NCBI GenBank assembly: GCA_050084985.1
Contig: JBITNC010000001.1
Span: 103,416,001-103,480,000 of the forward strand
Direction: 5' to 3'
Length of the DNA: 64,000 nt
Source of the DNA: Nageia nagi
Lineage: Eukaryota; Plantae; Pinophyta
In this document: positions 1 to 14,200 of the stretch, piece after piece
Layout of the letters: every line of letters starts with the position of its first letter
Numbering within the stretch: the first letter of the stretch is position 1
Translations under genes and position numbers: made by a program
Notes under the pieces: model-generated
Seen by the model: the letters and a program-made list of their open reading frames with translations, nothing else
The model's database searches: none
What the model was told of the DNA's origin: nothing

Positions 1-143
1 TATCCATTCTAACCCCATGTAAATCTTGGGTTAAAAGGTGAGTTAAGGTGAGGTTCTCACCTATAAATAGAGGGCTTGGGCTTGTTGTAAAACACACTTG
101 TAGAAAGCACTCTCATGCTTGTAGTTCCATAAGAGCTTGATCT
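1..143 (+). repeat. Partial LTR copy (probable 5' LTR of the outer non-coding LTR element)
   Basis: Direct repeat of 17669-17811 (8 mismatches in 143 nt, counted by eye). Contains the TATA-like CTATAAATAG at 61-70. Confidence 0.8.
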
Positions 144-1572
144 CTGCACCACCCATAGTCATTTTTGATATGCTAGGGTCTCTGACTCATTTTTCAAGGG
201 TAGCTAGATGAATCTAAATCTTGATCATTTTTGGGCTATGTGATGGTTTATAGTTGGGAATAATTAATTTTATTGCCTCATTTTTCATGCCTTGTTGACC
301 TTCTAGATGTGCATGTTCATTAGTTAATTTTTCAATGTGCTATACCCAAATTAACTCACAAGGGTCATTTTCTAATGAGTTACTCTCTCCATAGGATATT
401 GTTGTTGAATTAATTTTTTTAACTACAAAGGAAATTACTCATAAATAATGAGTTACTTAATAACTCATATTTTTTTTTGAATTTAAAAAAAGAGGGACCG
501 ATATTTATGACATTCTTTTTTACAAATTGGGCATTTTTAAAGTTATTTTTCACTCTTACACAAATGATGAGTTATTTTCTCTCTTAAAAGATAATAAAAA
601 AGGGGGAGATCATTAATTTTTATTTTTTCTCAAAAAAAAAAATTAATTTACAAAGAAGGGAAAGTACTAATATTTTAGAATTATAAAATTTTTACAAGTT
701 CCACTTAATGTGGCCTACTGCTTATATTCCTCATAAGCTTTAGGGTGTAGCTCCTTAATAAAGCTAAACCTTAAGCTAAAATTACAAACATATAAATATA
801 TGTTCCTAGTATTTTGTCTACTGCATGTGAGATTTTATTTTTTTCACAAGACTATTCATTCAAACTAATAAAAATTAAAGCACTTTTTGTGATGACCTCT
901 TCTTTTTTGAAATGCAAAGTTGATACCTTCTTTTTTTTAAGTTAGTATTTATTTCAAAGAACATGAACCTTTTTTTTCAAACATTTATGGTTATGGATAA
1001 AATAAGTATTACGATCATAAAGGCATAAGTAGTATGTAAAGGATGTTACTAAATATATATTTATGTAATAATTATATGGGTATCACATATTGTTTTACTC
1101 TAATCCTTTAACTAAATTATGTTGATAACAATAAAGTTAATTACTCTAAGCCTTAACTTATATATCTCAACATCACAATTTGGCTATGTGATAATTAGTT
1201 TTATACTTGCTAAAACTATCATTATGTTTTTTAGAGTGAAATTTAATATGTGTCACCTTTACTTCCATATTATAAAGTTTATATCCTTGTTTAAGGATTA
1301 ATGCCACATTATAGAGAACTTCATATCCATGTTCATGGATTAACATTACTTTGTTACTATACCACATACTTCTTGAGAAATATTCTTTATCTAGGCAACA
1401 ATATTGCCCTCAATGCATTATTATTGTTGATAACCATATTTTTTTATCCTTATCAACATGTTTATCGATGGATGACCATTTTATTTTTAGTGGATTGATG
1501 TACTTGTGGTTTGTAAATCTTGACTAATGTATAGTCAAGTTAGTATTTTATGGTATAAGGCTTGTAACTCTT

Positions 1573-2070
1573 TGAGAGAGTTAAACTATAAACTAAACAA
1601 CTCTATACTTCTAAGATCACATGAAATATCATACTAACATCAAGATAACTCAAGAAGATAATCTCAAAAAGTGACACAAGATGTAAGTGGTTCCTCTAAC
1701 TAGGAGTACATCCTCTAACTAGATCTCACTTCATCTACAAACATGAATATCTTATAATTCTCCTAACTCATCTCCTAAACACTATCCTATAGAATAGCTT
1801 TACTTTATAAAATTGGCGTATGATCCAAAGCGGAGCCTTCTATTTATAGGCCAAAATCCTTCTTTGGATCACCATTTTACCCAATATACAAAATCATGAC
1901 ATGCACATCCTTTTACCTAAAGGGCATGCTCATGACATGGAGTGTATGATAAGTTACATTATCATATTCACTTAAATACTTAAGGTGTCAAATGATACCC
2001 TTAAGTATTAGTGAACTTACATAGAATATTGTTACAAAACCTTTACAATAATGCATTATACATTCCAACA
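1573..2070 (-). repeat. 3' LTR of Copia element 1
   Basis: TG...CA ends; about 90% identical to 9955-10453 (about 50 substitutions and 1 indel by manual count). Confidence 0.95.
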
Positions 2071-2829
2071 CTCCTCCTTAATGCAATATTAGAATAGAGC
2101 AAATAAGATATAAGAAAGAGAGTAAGTAAGAGAGTTCTCCTCCAAATAGATACAACAAAGATGAGAACTTTTTACATATTTATGAAGTAAAAAAGATCTA
2201 GTTTGAGACTCACTAATTTATAAATATAATTATTAACCATAACTAGTTTTAATGTACATGAAATAGTCATCCAACTGGAAGTCATGAAGAGTCTCCAATA
2301 GCTTACATATCTGAAGTAACCTACAATCTCAAAGGAACTTACAAGTCATAGGAAGCTCAAATAATAAGATCAATTAGATGCAACATATTCATATAAAAAA
2401 GGATAGATGAATCACATAAATACCATCATGAACTGATCAATGGTGCATTATAAGTCATCATGAAGATGACAAGCCAAAACTCATAGTCACCTGCTATATA
2501 TAAAACATATGTTGATTATCATTACAAAATAGAGCATGCACATATGAGTTCCTCACATATGGATAACTAAATAGTGCCAAAAAATACATATGAGTTCCTC
2601 ACACATGGATAATTGAATAGTGCTAGACTGGCCAATCTTTTTGGTTTTTAAGAATTTGTACAACAAGTTCTTCATGCAAAGCAAACTTACCACAAAGGTG
2701 TACAATAAAATCAATACTATACAATATAAAATCCTCCTAGGGGTGAAGTTGTCATCACAAATATGAATTCAACATAAGAATTCAAACTTCACTTCCATTT
2801 GAGGACAACTTCACCAATTTGATAGCATC

Positions 2830-5800
2830 CTTAACCATACAAAACTAAGCTTCTAAGAGTGGTTTAGTGAACAAATAAGTGGAGTTCAAGATGAATGGAC
2901 AATACTCTAAGTATATGATGCCATTAAGAATCTTCTCCATGATAAAATGGACATGGATTTATACATATTTTTTTCTCTAATAGAACATATGATTCTTAGC
3001 CATAGAAATAGCTAACTAATTATCTAAAGAAATCAAAGATGAGCCACCTTAATCATACCTAATTTATTTTACAATATGCCTTAGCCAAATGGCTTTCTAG
3101 GTTGCAACAAACATGGCATGATATTTGGCTTCTATGGTGGAAAGAGAAATAATAAGGTGTTTTTTAGAAGCCCAAGAGATAACATCGAAACCAATGCTAA
3201 ACACATACATAGAGGTTGATTTCTTATCATCTATAGCTCTCCCATAGTTATGAAAACCTAAAGAGAACAAATGAGGGCAACTTAGAATACTTGAGAGCAA
3301 AATCTTTAGTCCCTATAACATACCTCAAAATTGGCTTAATAGCATTGAGGTGCTTAACATATGGTTTCTGCATGAATCATACCATCAGATTCACTATAAA
3401 GAAAATATCTGGCATAGGTATAGTCAAATATAAAAGACTACCAATTAATTTCCTATAAGCTATAGCATCAACTAATTGAGAGTTGGACTCAAAGAAATAA
3501 TGATTCTAAGAGAGACTGGGATTGCATAATATCTACACTCCTCCATTTAAAACTTTTCCAAGATGTCTAATATATACTTCGATTGATTGAGATAAGTATA
3601 ATCCTTGTATTGATACACTTGCATTCCAATATAGTAGTGCAAGAGACCAATATCAATCATTTTAAACATTACCTTAAGTTTGGATATGCACTCTTGAATG
3701 ATTTCATCATCATTCCTAGTTATTAAAAGATCATACACATAAAGGAGAATCAAGACCATATTTTTTCTTTTATTAAGTACATATAGATCAAATTCAAAAA
3801 AATACTTGAATAAATCATACAAAAAACCCTAAAATCTTCCTATACCAGGATCTTGATGCTTGCTTAAGTCCATATAATGACTTCTTTAACTTGCACATAA
3901 ATGAATCTTTACCTTCCATAATGAACCCTTCTAGTTGATTCATGAAGATTTCCACATCTAAATCACCATTGAGAAATGCACTCTTGATGTTAAGTTGAAA
4001 AACTATCCATCTTTGAGCTGCAAAAAGACTAAAGATAATTCTCATAGTAGGCATATTTGCCACGAGATCAAAGGTTTCTTCATAATCTACATCATATTTC
4101 TAAGCAAAACCTTTGGCTACTAACTTTGCCTTGTATTTCTCAATATCCCCAACTAAATTGAACTTTCCTTGTAGATCCACTTATTTTCTATCACATTCTT
4201 CTCATTGGGATAAGGAACCAAATCTTAAGTTTTATTTTTCATAAACACCTCATACTCCAGTTTCAAGGCTTCCATCCAACACTCATGCTTAGAATCTTAT
4301 TTGAAGGTTGAGGGCTCATGCTTGTTGATAATCTTGAAAAATAAGGATTTGTTCAAGGTCATTCTCCTTGTTACTTTTTGTGTTTGAGAATTTTATTCAT
4401 AAGGTGACTTGTTACATCAAAATATAACTAGCTAGATGCAACTAAAGAGTCCTCTAGATCATCAACATCCTCATTAGAAGCAAATTCTTTAAAATTTTTA
4501 TTAAATTTTATATCCTTTGAAATAAACATGGCTTTATAGGATGGAGAGTAGAGTCTGTAGCCTCTATATTGGCTATCATAACCTATAAAGATGAATTTTT
4601 AGCTTTTTTATTTGGGTTCTTCCTTTTCTCATAAATAATATAGAAAAATGCTTCACAACCAAACACCCTAAGGTTTGAAATGTTAGGTTTTCTTTCTGAC
4701 CATGCCTCAAAAGGAGTTTTACCCTAAATAGCTTTTGTGAGACACCTATTTATGGTGTAAATAGTAGTGCTCACAACTTCACCCCACAAAAAACTAGGAA
4801 GATTACCCAACATGCATCTAGCCATCTCCATAGTTGTCTTATTTTTCCTTTCATTGCCTTTTGATTTCATACTTATCACAATATTCATTGAACTCATTAC
4901 TGTTGTATTCTTCCATATTATTTGATCTTAATAACTTGATTTTAAGGTTAGTTTGATTCTAAATAAAGGCCTTAAAAAATTTAAAACTCTCAAAGGTTTG
5001 ATCTTTGTGCTCTAGTAGATAGCCAAAAGTCATGTTACTAAAATCATTGATGAAGGTCAAGACATAAGATACTCCTCTAAGTGACTCAGTTTGAAATGGA
5101 ACCATCAAATTTGAATGCACAAATTGAAAAGTTGATATGCTCTTGTTGTCTTATCTTTTTCAAACTTTTTTCTATGCATCTTTCCAAGAATGCACTTCTT
5201 GCATATAGAACAATCGAAGAAGAAATTGAAGGCAAACCTTCCACAAGTTTTTGATCTTTCATGACTTGAATACTCTTATGGTTAAGGTGACTTAAATGTT
5301 GGTGCCAAAGATTTCCTATAGAACACATACTTTTAGTAAGACATATATTTGATAAAATTTGATCCATAATGTAAAGATCATATTTCACTGATCCTTTAAC
5401 CAATGTGGCAAGTCCTTTCTTAATGCAACAAGATTGAGGGTCAAACTCAAAAGAATACCTTTTTCTAGCAACTTAGATCATAAAGAAAAGATTCATCCTA
5501 ATATTAGGAATATAGAGCACATTTTTAAGAGCCTTTATATGAATCAACACACTCCCAATTCCATGGAATTTAAGGGTAAAGTTATCACCTATTATAATCA
5601 CATCTTTTCTATACTTGTGAAAGTTCTCAAACTTTTCCTTTTCAAAGCATATCTGATTAGTGCAACCAAAGTCAATAATCCAATTAGATGAAAAAAGAGC
5701 AAGAAATGGAGTAGAGTGCCATAAAAAAACCTACTTGAATATTCTAATTTTCTTTAAATTTCTTTACATTTCCATTACCTTTGATCTTTTTCTCTCTTTT

Positions 5801-6766
5801 CTTTTTGTAGTAATCAACTTCTTTGTGACCTTGGATGCCACAATAGTCACAATTGCCATCAAACATTTCCTTAGGATATGGATTGTTTGCTTTTCCTTTT
5901 CCATATTTTTTCTTGAAGTGGTTGTTTTTCCTATTGTTCCTATTGCAATTATTGTTATTCTTGTTGTTGCTATTATTGCCATTATTCTTACAACTATTGA
6001 TGCCATTATCTCTTTTCTCAAACCTGTTAGAGGAAGAAGGATAAGATTTCTTTTAATGGTTAAAATTCTTCTTGAAAGGAGTTTTGGTTATTCTAAGAGC
6101 AATATTATTATATTTAAAATAAGAAATAAATTCCTTTTTGTTAAGGGTTTCCTCATGTTTCAAAAGGATCCTAGAAAGGTTCTCAAAGGAGAAGACTTCT
6201 TCTTCATCATCAAACCTTGTTTCCATAATAATCACAAAGTTTCCAAACTTTGAAGAAAGGCTTTGAAGAATGATAAATACCATAAACTTATCATTGATCT
6301 AATTGAACCCACAAACAACAAGTTGGGTCCTTAGGTTAATTATTTTGTTCAAGTATATAGCCATATTTTCATCTTCCACTTGACAAGATTGAAGCAACTT
6401 TTGGAGAATGGTAAACCTTCTTGAAAACTTTGAACAAAGGTATATTTTCTTAAGCTTATCCCAAGATTTCTTTATTGAGGTTAAAAAGGAAATCATTAGG
6501 AGCATATCATCTAAAATTACATGGAAGATCATGGAGGTTGCCAACTTATTTTTCATGTTGTAAGCCTCTTGTGCCTTCTCATCGATAGGAGGTACAAGGT
6601 TTTCATTAATTATTTTCCAAATCTTCCTTGCTTGTAATTTAGCTCTCATCCAAGGTTCCAAAATACCAAAGTTGGAACCATCAAGAATGTGTATAGGTAA
6701 AAGGGTTCTCCCATTTACTACATAAGAATGTGAAAAATAATAAGCATGTGATTTAACAAATAACAT
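2830..6766 (-). pseudogene. Disrupted Copia gag-pol
   Basis: ORF fragments: gag (LDGSNF...WDKLKKIY, 6299-6766); GAG-pre-integrase LWHQHLSHLN (5086-5403); RT QLNIKSAFLNG / LKKSLYGLKQ / LYVYDLL (3547-4063); RNase H ISWASKK...LSTIEAKY (3097-3300). Many stops and frameshifts. Confidence 0.9.
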
Positions 6767-9700
6767 TAAATGTTAAGTTTTAACCAAGTAAATAATACAT
6801 GCTAAATTTAACACTAGATTCATGCTTGATTTGATTCACAAGTGCAAATGTTTTATAACTAAAATAATAACCCATGCACCCAAATACATTTTTCATCTCA
6901 AGAACTGTAGATGTAAAGTGATATTGTTGAGGCTTGTTATCTTATCTAAAATTAGACCTTCATCTGGATGCCCACACAAGAGGAGTTCAAGTACTACCAA
7001 TCCTCAACCAGTTCACCTTGGTCAATATTATACTTTCTCACAAGGAGAAGTACCTACTATTTTCCAAGGTTATGATATTTATTGGATCAACCAAATTATT
7101 AATATTGATTAGGTTTCAAGTTATCCTCTTAGGTTATCAGGATAATTCTTGAATGGATGTGTAAACATGTGGTATCACTACACACATGCCTACCACCTAC
7201 TAGATTTATGTCTAGACTAATAAAGGACTTAGGGGTAATTGAGAAGTATGAAATTTTCACCATTTGGATCATCAAACTTAAAGGCTCCAGTCTATTTGTC
7301 CTCACCCCATGGCTTCCCAAAAAAGTCATGTTGTAGAATGTACATGTGGATGTGTTAATTTTAGGGGGTTTCTCATTTCAATGTTTATATTTTTGTTTGC
7401 ATAAGAAAATAAATCAAAAATTTGAAACATGAAGTAAAAATAGCATAAGTAAAAAAAATCCATTCAATATTTGAAACCTAAATGTTCAATGGGTTTTGTT
7501 TACCAACCCCTAAAGGATATCTTTACATCATTCCTAATTTTGCACAAGTTCATTTTGCATAAAGATGTAAATTACATCATAAATTAATATTTTAAGTAAT
7601 ATGCATGCATTATTTGACTTAAAAATTTAAGTCTTAAGTATCTAACTTAAAAATTTAAGTCCTAAGCATGTATCATGCATGAGTATACATTATCTTATTA
7701 CTTTGCATAAGAAATTTGTTAATTCTAACATGCAATCATTTCCAAAAACAAATTAAGTAAAATATCCATAAAGTTTCCCCCTTTTTACTTAAATTAGATC
7801 TTAAGGAATATGCTTTCATTAATAAATACTTACGCAAAATTACTTTAGTAAAAAAAATCACCTAAGTAATATTGGAGGTATTTAGAAATTTGCACAAACT
7901 TTTCTAAAATTTACAATCAAAGTAAAAAAAAATTATCATAGAGATAATAAAAAAATTCAACCTCAAAAAAGAGCATTTCCTTAGCTTTAACACTAAATAA
8001 AATTAAATGCTAAGGAGAGATTTGTCAACTTTTTAGCACTAAATAAAAATTTGTTGTCCAATGCAAAATTTTAATTCTAAGCATAAATATAATTCTTTAC
8101 TTAGGAATTATCTTGTATTGTCAAATGTAAAAGGATATTTTCACTTTGACACTAAGTAAATATATTATAACAATAAATGAAAGTGTTAAATATTCCCGCC
8201 TATTTTTAACACTTTTAGAAAAGATAGCTTAAAGATTTATCCCTTTAAACATATTCAGAAAAATTAATACAATTTAAAAAAAATTTCTAAACTTAGTAGT
8301 TCTAAACTTATCTTGTTGCTAAACTTAGAAAAAATGTTCCCTCCAATTAGAAAAAAGGTACACCCCACAACAACAATACGTAAAGTAGTAAATGTAAATT
8401 TGGAACCCTATAATCCTAGTGAATGGAAACTTAATGCTCATTTTGAATTCTTAATCCATGCAAGTAGAGGACATCATTATTGAATTCTTACTCCATGCAA
8501 GTAGAAGACATTATTATGGAAAAAAAAAACTTGCTTTTAAAGTAAAAAAAGCATTAAAGGAATGGTCCAGTAGTTAGGTAAAAAGGGAGAGGACCAATTT
8601 TCCAAGTGAGATGGGGAAGTGGCTAAATTTTAGCATGTAATGGTGGATGAAATAGTCCAAGCCAAAGGAAAGGGGTGATATGGTTTCAAATCCCATGTAA
8701 CAAATGTTGATCAAGGAGTGAGAAAGTGCTATAGATATAATAGAGAGGTTGTGCAGATGGAGGAGAGGCTATGTAGATAGAGGATAGGCTGCATGGATGA
8801 AAATGGAGGAGAGGATACATAGATGGAGGAGATACATCATTGAAGGTATTTTTAAATAACCTTGCCACTTACCCATTAAAAAGATGTGAATAGAACATCT
8901 CTCATAACTTTTTCAACTAGAGACTATGCATGAAGATGGAGTTGTGCGCTATGTAGGATTGGGTAACATTTGGATGAGATAAGATCTCCTTAACACTGTG
9001 AATGGCTAGGTAGTAAAACATAATTCATAGGATTGCAGTAATAAAAGAGTTAGTGGCCATAGTCAACAACTAGTATTTCTCTTTGTCTATTTATTAGAGG
9101 ATTCCCTCCATCTAATTCTACTTGCACCTAGCTCATGTACTCTAAAAAATGATGCAATGTGGGGTTTCAAACCCTCATAAAGTGAGCTTGAATACTAGAG
9201 AGAAAAAAAGGAAACATAGCCATGCTAGGGAGATGGGTAAACACAACGTAAAGGGGTGGAGTGGTGAAGTCTAGGTGAAGGGCAAGTTGTTATGAAGGGG
9301 TGTTTAGGTTGGTTTTGGCCATTGCTCCCTTGGAATGGCTAGCCAGGGGCCACCATTATTTTTTATTAAAAGAGTCTCCTCCTCTAAAGAAAGAAATGTC
9401 TCCCCTTTAAAACATCCTTTTGCATATGTTTTTTAATATATACAAAAAAACTTGAAATTTTTCCAATTTATTTTAATGTAAAAATTTTGTACAAAAAAAT
9501 ATATACATGTATATTTTTGAAAGATAAACTTCAAATTGAATTTGTAAAATTTTTGTACACAAACATTTTAGATATACAAAAAAAAATTATATATACATGT
9601 ATATTTTTTGAAAAAGAAATTTCAAATTAAAGGTATGCAATTTTTTTTTTAATAAGCAATATATTAATCATCTTTTGTAAAAATAATTACAGCTAGCATG

Positions 9701-9954
9701 AAAGATGTTAGTACAAACAAAATATTGCATAACAATATATTACTATTTTTAAGGTAATTTGCAAAAACAATGAACTACCATACCAGACAAAACATTTAGT
9801 ATCATAATGAAGTAACACAAAAAATAGCCAAGAAGGAAGGAATTTATAACTTCTATTAGTTTTACCTCAACAAGGAAGGAATGAGGTGAAGAATGAGGAA
9901 TGAAGATCACCAAGTTGTAGAATAAGAGCTTCAACACCAACATCTGATACCAAA

Positions 9955-10453
9955 TGAGAGAGTTGAACTATAAACTAAACAACTTTATACTTTCAAGATC
10001 ACATGAAAGCTCATAATAACATCAAGATAACTCAATAAGACAATCTCATAAAGTGACATAAGATGTAAGTGGTTCCTCCACTTAGGAGTACATCCACTAA
10101 CTAGATCTCACTTCATTCACAAACATGAATCTCTTATAGTTCTCCTAACTCATCTCCTAAATACCATCCTATATCATAGCTTTACTCCACAAAATTGGTG
10201 TATAATCCAAATATGGAGCCTTTTATTTATAGGTCAAAATCCCTCTTTGGATCACCCTTTTACCCAATGTACAAAAGCATGACATGCACATCCTTTTACC
10301 CAAGGGGCATGCTCATGACATGGAGTGTAGAAAAAGTTACATTATCATATTCATGTAAATACTTAAGGTATCAAATGATAGCCTTAAGTATTAGTGAACT
10401 TACATAGGAGATTATTACAAAACCTTTACAATAATGCATTACACATTCCAACC
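9955..10453 (-). repeat. 5' LTR of Copia element 1
   Basis: Adjacent to the tRNA-iMet PBS; matches 1573-2070; terminal base mutated. Confidence 0.95.
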
Positions 10454-11269
10454 CTCTTGACTAGTGGCATGGTCAAGTTAGAATTTTTTATGACTTGTAG
10501 TATATGATTTATGAATCCTAACTTAATTATGTTATTGGTTTATAACTTGATTAATGATGACATAATATATCTTAATATATAATGGCATGATTTATAATAT
10601 TATTCTCCTTTTTGATAGGAGAATATCAAGATTCCATAACCTTATCTATGTGGTAAATATTCATTGAATAATTAGATTTTTTTTTGTATCATCAAAATAT
10701 TTATAATTAATTACCATAGACTTATGTGGTAACCTTACTAGCTACATTAATGGTACTTAGACATATTTTGTATCATCGATTTCTTTTTTGTATAAATCTA
10801 TGTTAACCTTACCACCTACATTAATGGTACTTAGACATGTATGGTTTTATGATGAATCTTATTTTTAAGGAAATAGGTTGATAAAGATTATGGTGAAAAT
10901 TTTATTTTCGTAACAAATCTATGGTGGCCTTACCACCAAATTTAATTGTGTTTACTATTACACACCTACTTGACTTATTCAAAATGACTATAAATAGAGA
11001 TAATCATTTGAATATGGACTCACGAATTAGCCATGGTAAGAAAGTATCAAAAATGTATTGGTTTTGAAGATGATTATGTTTTGCATAATCCTTTACTCAA
11101 TGTTCCATATAATACTCTGATCAATGTTCCACCCAATGCTCCACTCAATGTTTTGCTTAATCCTTCGATCCATGCTCCACCTAATCCTTTGATTCATGGT
11201 CTACTCAATGCTTTATGCTATGTATGGACTAATGTTCTAGTTAATGTTACTCTAACTAATGTTGATAAA

Positions 11270-14200
11270 GGATCATCATTTGGAGTTATGGCCAATATGT
11301 CTTCATTGGATCATGAAATTCAATCTTTACACTAGTAATTGTTCAAGAGGATGAAACTTGGGTTCTTGATAGTGGTTTTTCACACTATGTGACTACAAAG
11401 AAGGAGCTTCTATCATCTCTTGATCATTTCTTTAGTTCTAGCATCAAACTTGGGGATAAAAAGCTCTTGGAGGTGATTTCAAAGGAAGACATGTTGGTTC
11501 CTACCAAGAAAGGTACTATGAAGGTAAAAAATATTTATTTTTCTCTTGATTTGAAAGAATCTCTTGTAAGTGTTGGAAAAATACTGGAAAATAATTATAA
11601 ATTGGTTTTTGAAGATAAAATGTGTAAGATCTATGATATGAATAGAGGTGGAAGGTTGGTCACTACAATGAAAATGAATAAAAATAAGCTTTTTACCATC
11701 AAGTTTATGGAGCAAGGTGGAGGTTTTGCTTGTGTGAGCATTAATGATAGTGCTAACTTATGGCATTTGAGGTTTGGCCATGTGAATTTTTAGAATTTAA
11801 AGCTTTTATCTCCACTTGTTTATGGTTTGCCAAATGTTCAAGATACTAATATATTGTGTGAAGGGTGTGCTCTTAGAAAACATGTAAGGGGGTATTTTCC
11901 AAAGAATGAAGAATGGAGGGCTCAATCTCTTCTACAATTGGTGCATAGTGATATTTGTAGACCAATGCAAACACAAAGTATTGGTAAAGCTTCTTATTTT
12001 CTTACCTTTATTGATGATTTTTCTAGATATTGTTGGGTATTATTTCTTAAACACAAAGATGAAGCATTTGAGTGCTTCAATATTTTTAAATCTAGTATTG
12101 AGAATCAAAGTGGATATACAATTAAGTGTTTAAGAACTAATCATGGTGGTGAGTTTTTCTCTAATGATTTTCTAAAATTTTGTAGAGATTATGGCATTAA
12201 GAGGTAATTACATTCACCATACACACCCTAACAAAATGGAGTGGCTAAAAGAAAGAACTGAACTTTGTTAGAAATTGCAAGGTGTATGATGCATACAAAA
12301 GGTTTGAGTAACTTTTATTGGGTTGCAGCTATTTAGATTATTGTTTATATTTTAAATATTAGTCATACAAGGAGTTTGGGTAATGTTACTCCTTATGAGT
12401 GTTAGCTTGGAAATAAGCCAATTGTGAAATATTTTAAATTTTTTGGTTGTATTGATTATGTTTATGTGGATTATGAGCATAGGTAAAAGCTTGATGCTAA
12501 GAGTGAGGAGGGTATTTTTATTGGCTATAGTGAACATTCCAAAGATTATATATTTTTTAATCCAATTTTTCACAAAGTTATGGTGTATAAAGTTACCATT
12601 TTTGATGAAGGGAAAAGTTGGAAGTCTCAAAAATGCCAAATGTTTGTTGTTGATGATGGTATTTTTAAGAGAAATGCTTCAAATGACCAAGGAAGTGTTC
12701 AACCTAGCCATGTTTCAAATAATCAAGTTCAGCCCAGATTTGTTTCTTCTTCATAAATTGGATCTTCAAGTCTACAACATGGTTATTCTTCACCTCTATC
12801 ACCAAGTGCAAGTGTAAATCAATCAATAAGTGGTAAAAGGGTGATAAAGGATTATCCCTCTTCTCAAATGTTGGACCAAAATTTTTCAACAAGGTTGACA
12901 AGAAGTCAACACAAGGAGTTAGATGCTACTTTGCAAAGGCTAGAAAATTTGCAAATATTAGGAGATGAAGACAATGGTGAGCCCAAAGGTGATATGGTAA
13001 ATTATGCTTTAATGACTTATACTTCCAATGTTCATATTTCTAGTTCTTCTAAAGTTACTAAATTTGATGATTTTAATCCTTCTTATTTTGAAGAAGCATG
13101 TTCTAACAAAGTGTGGATGAAGGATATAAATGAGGAGATTTCTTCCATTATTAATAATGACACATGGGAGTTATGTAAGCTACCTCAAAATAGGAAATGC
13201 ATTGGATGTAAATGGATTTACAAGATCAAGAGGAATAGTGATGGTTCCATTGAAAGATACAAGGCAAGGTTGGTTGCAAAAGGGTTTACACAAAAGTATG
13301 GAATAGATTATGAGGAGACATTTGCTCCTATTACAAGGTAAGATATAATACAAATAGTGATTTGATTGGCTACCCAAAAGCATTAGAATGTGCATCACAT
13401 GGATGTGAAGAGTACATTCCTTAATGGCTATCTTGAAGAAAAAGTGTATGTGGCATAACCTCAAGGTTTTGAGGTTAAAGGAAAAGAAGATTAGGTTTAT
13501 AGATTAAACAAATCATTTTATGGATTGAAGCAAGCTCGAATAGCTTGGTACATAAGAATCAATGACTACTTTCTCAAGTATGGTTTTCAAAGAAGCAAGA
13601 TTGAGCATACTTTATATTACAAGAAATAAGGTATTGAAATTTTACTTGTTTGCTTATATGTATATGATTTATTGTTCATGGGAAGTAGTTCTTTATTATG
13701 TGATTATTTTAAATTTAAGATAAAAAAAAAATTTGATATGAATAATTTTGGTTTGATGCATTACTTATTGGGCATGGAGGTACATCAAACACATGATGAG
13801 ATATTTGTTTGTCAAGCCAAGTATGCTAGAGAGATGTTAAAAAAGTTTGGCATGAGTTAATGCAAACTTGTAACTAGTCCAATTGCATATGGAGAGATTT
13901 TGTGTTCAAATTATGGGACTAAAAAAGTAAATAAAATATAGTATAGGATCATTTTTGGGGAGTTTAAAATTTTTATGTAACATAAGGCTAGATATATTCT
14001 ATGCTCTATCACTTTGTTCTAGGTACATGGATGATTCTTCTTGCTTGCACTTAAAAGTAGCCAAAAGAATCCTAAGTTATGTGTGTGGTATAGTAAATTT
14101 TGGAATTCATTACTTCTCTAATAATAATATAAAGTTGATTGGTTTTAGTGACAATGATTGGGGAAGTAATCTTGATGATCGAAATTCCACTAGTGGAAAT

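Larger units (their letters stand above)
1573..10453 (-). mobile_element. Full-length degenerate Ty1/Copia LTR retrotransposon
   Basis: LTRs 1573-2070 and 9955-10453; 5-bp TSD CTCTT (1568-1572, 10454-10458); PBS TGGTATCAGA (minus strand, 9943-9952); PPT 2071-2080; gag-PR-IN-RT-RH order on the minus strand. Confidence 0.95.

Noticed and set aside
5660-6253. 197-aa hydrophobic + strand ORF
   Set aside because: Antisense shadow of the low-complexity Asn/Lys-rich gag region of Copia 1.
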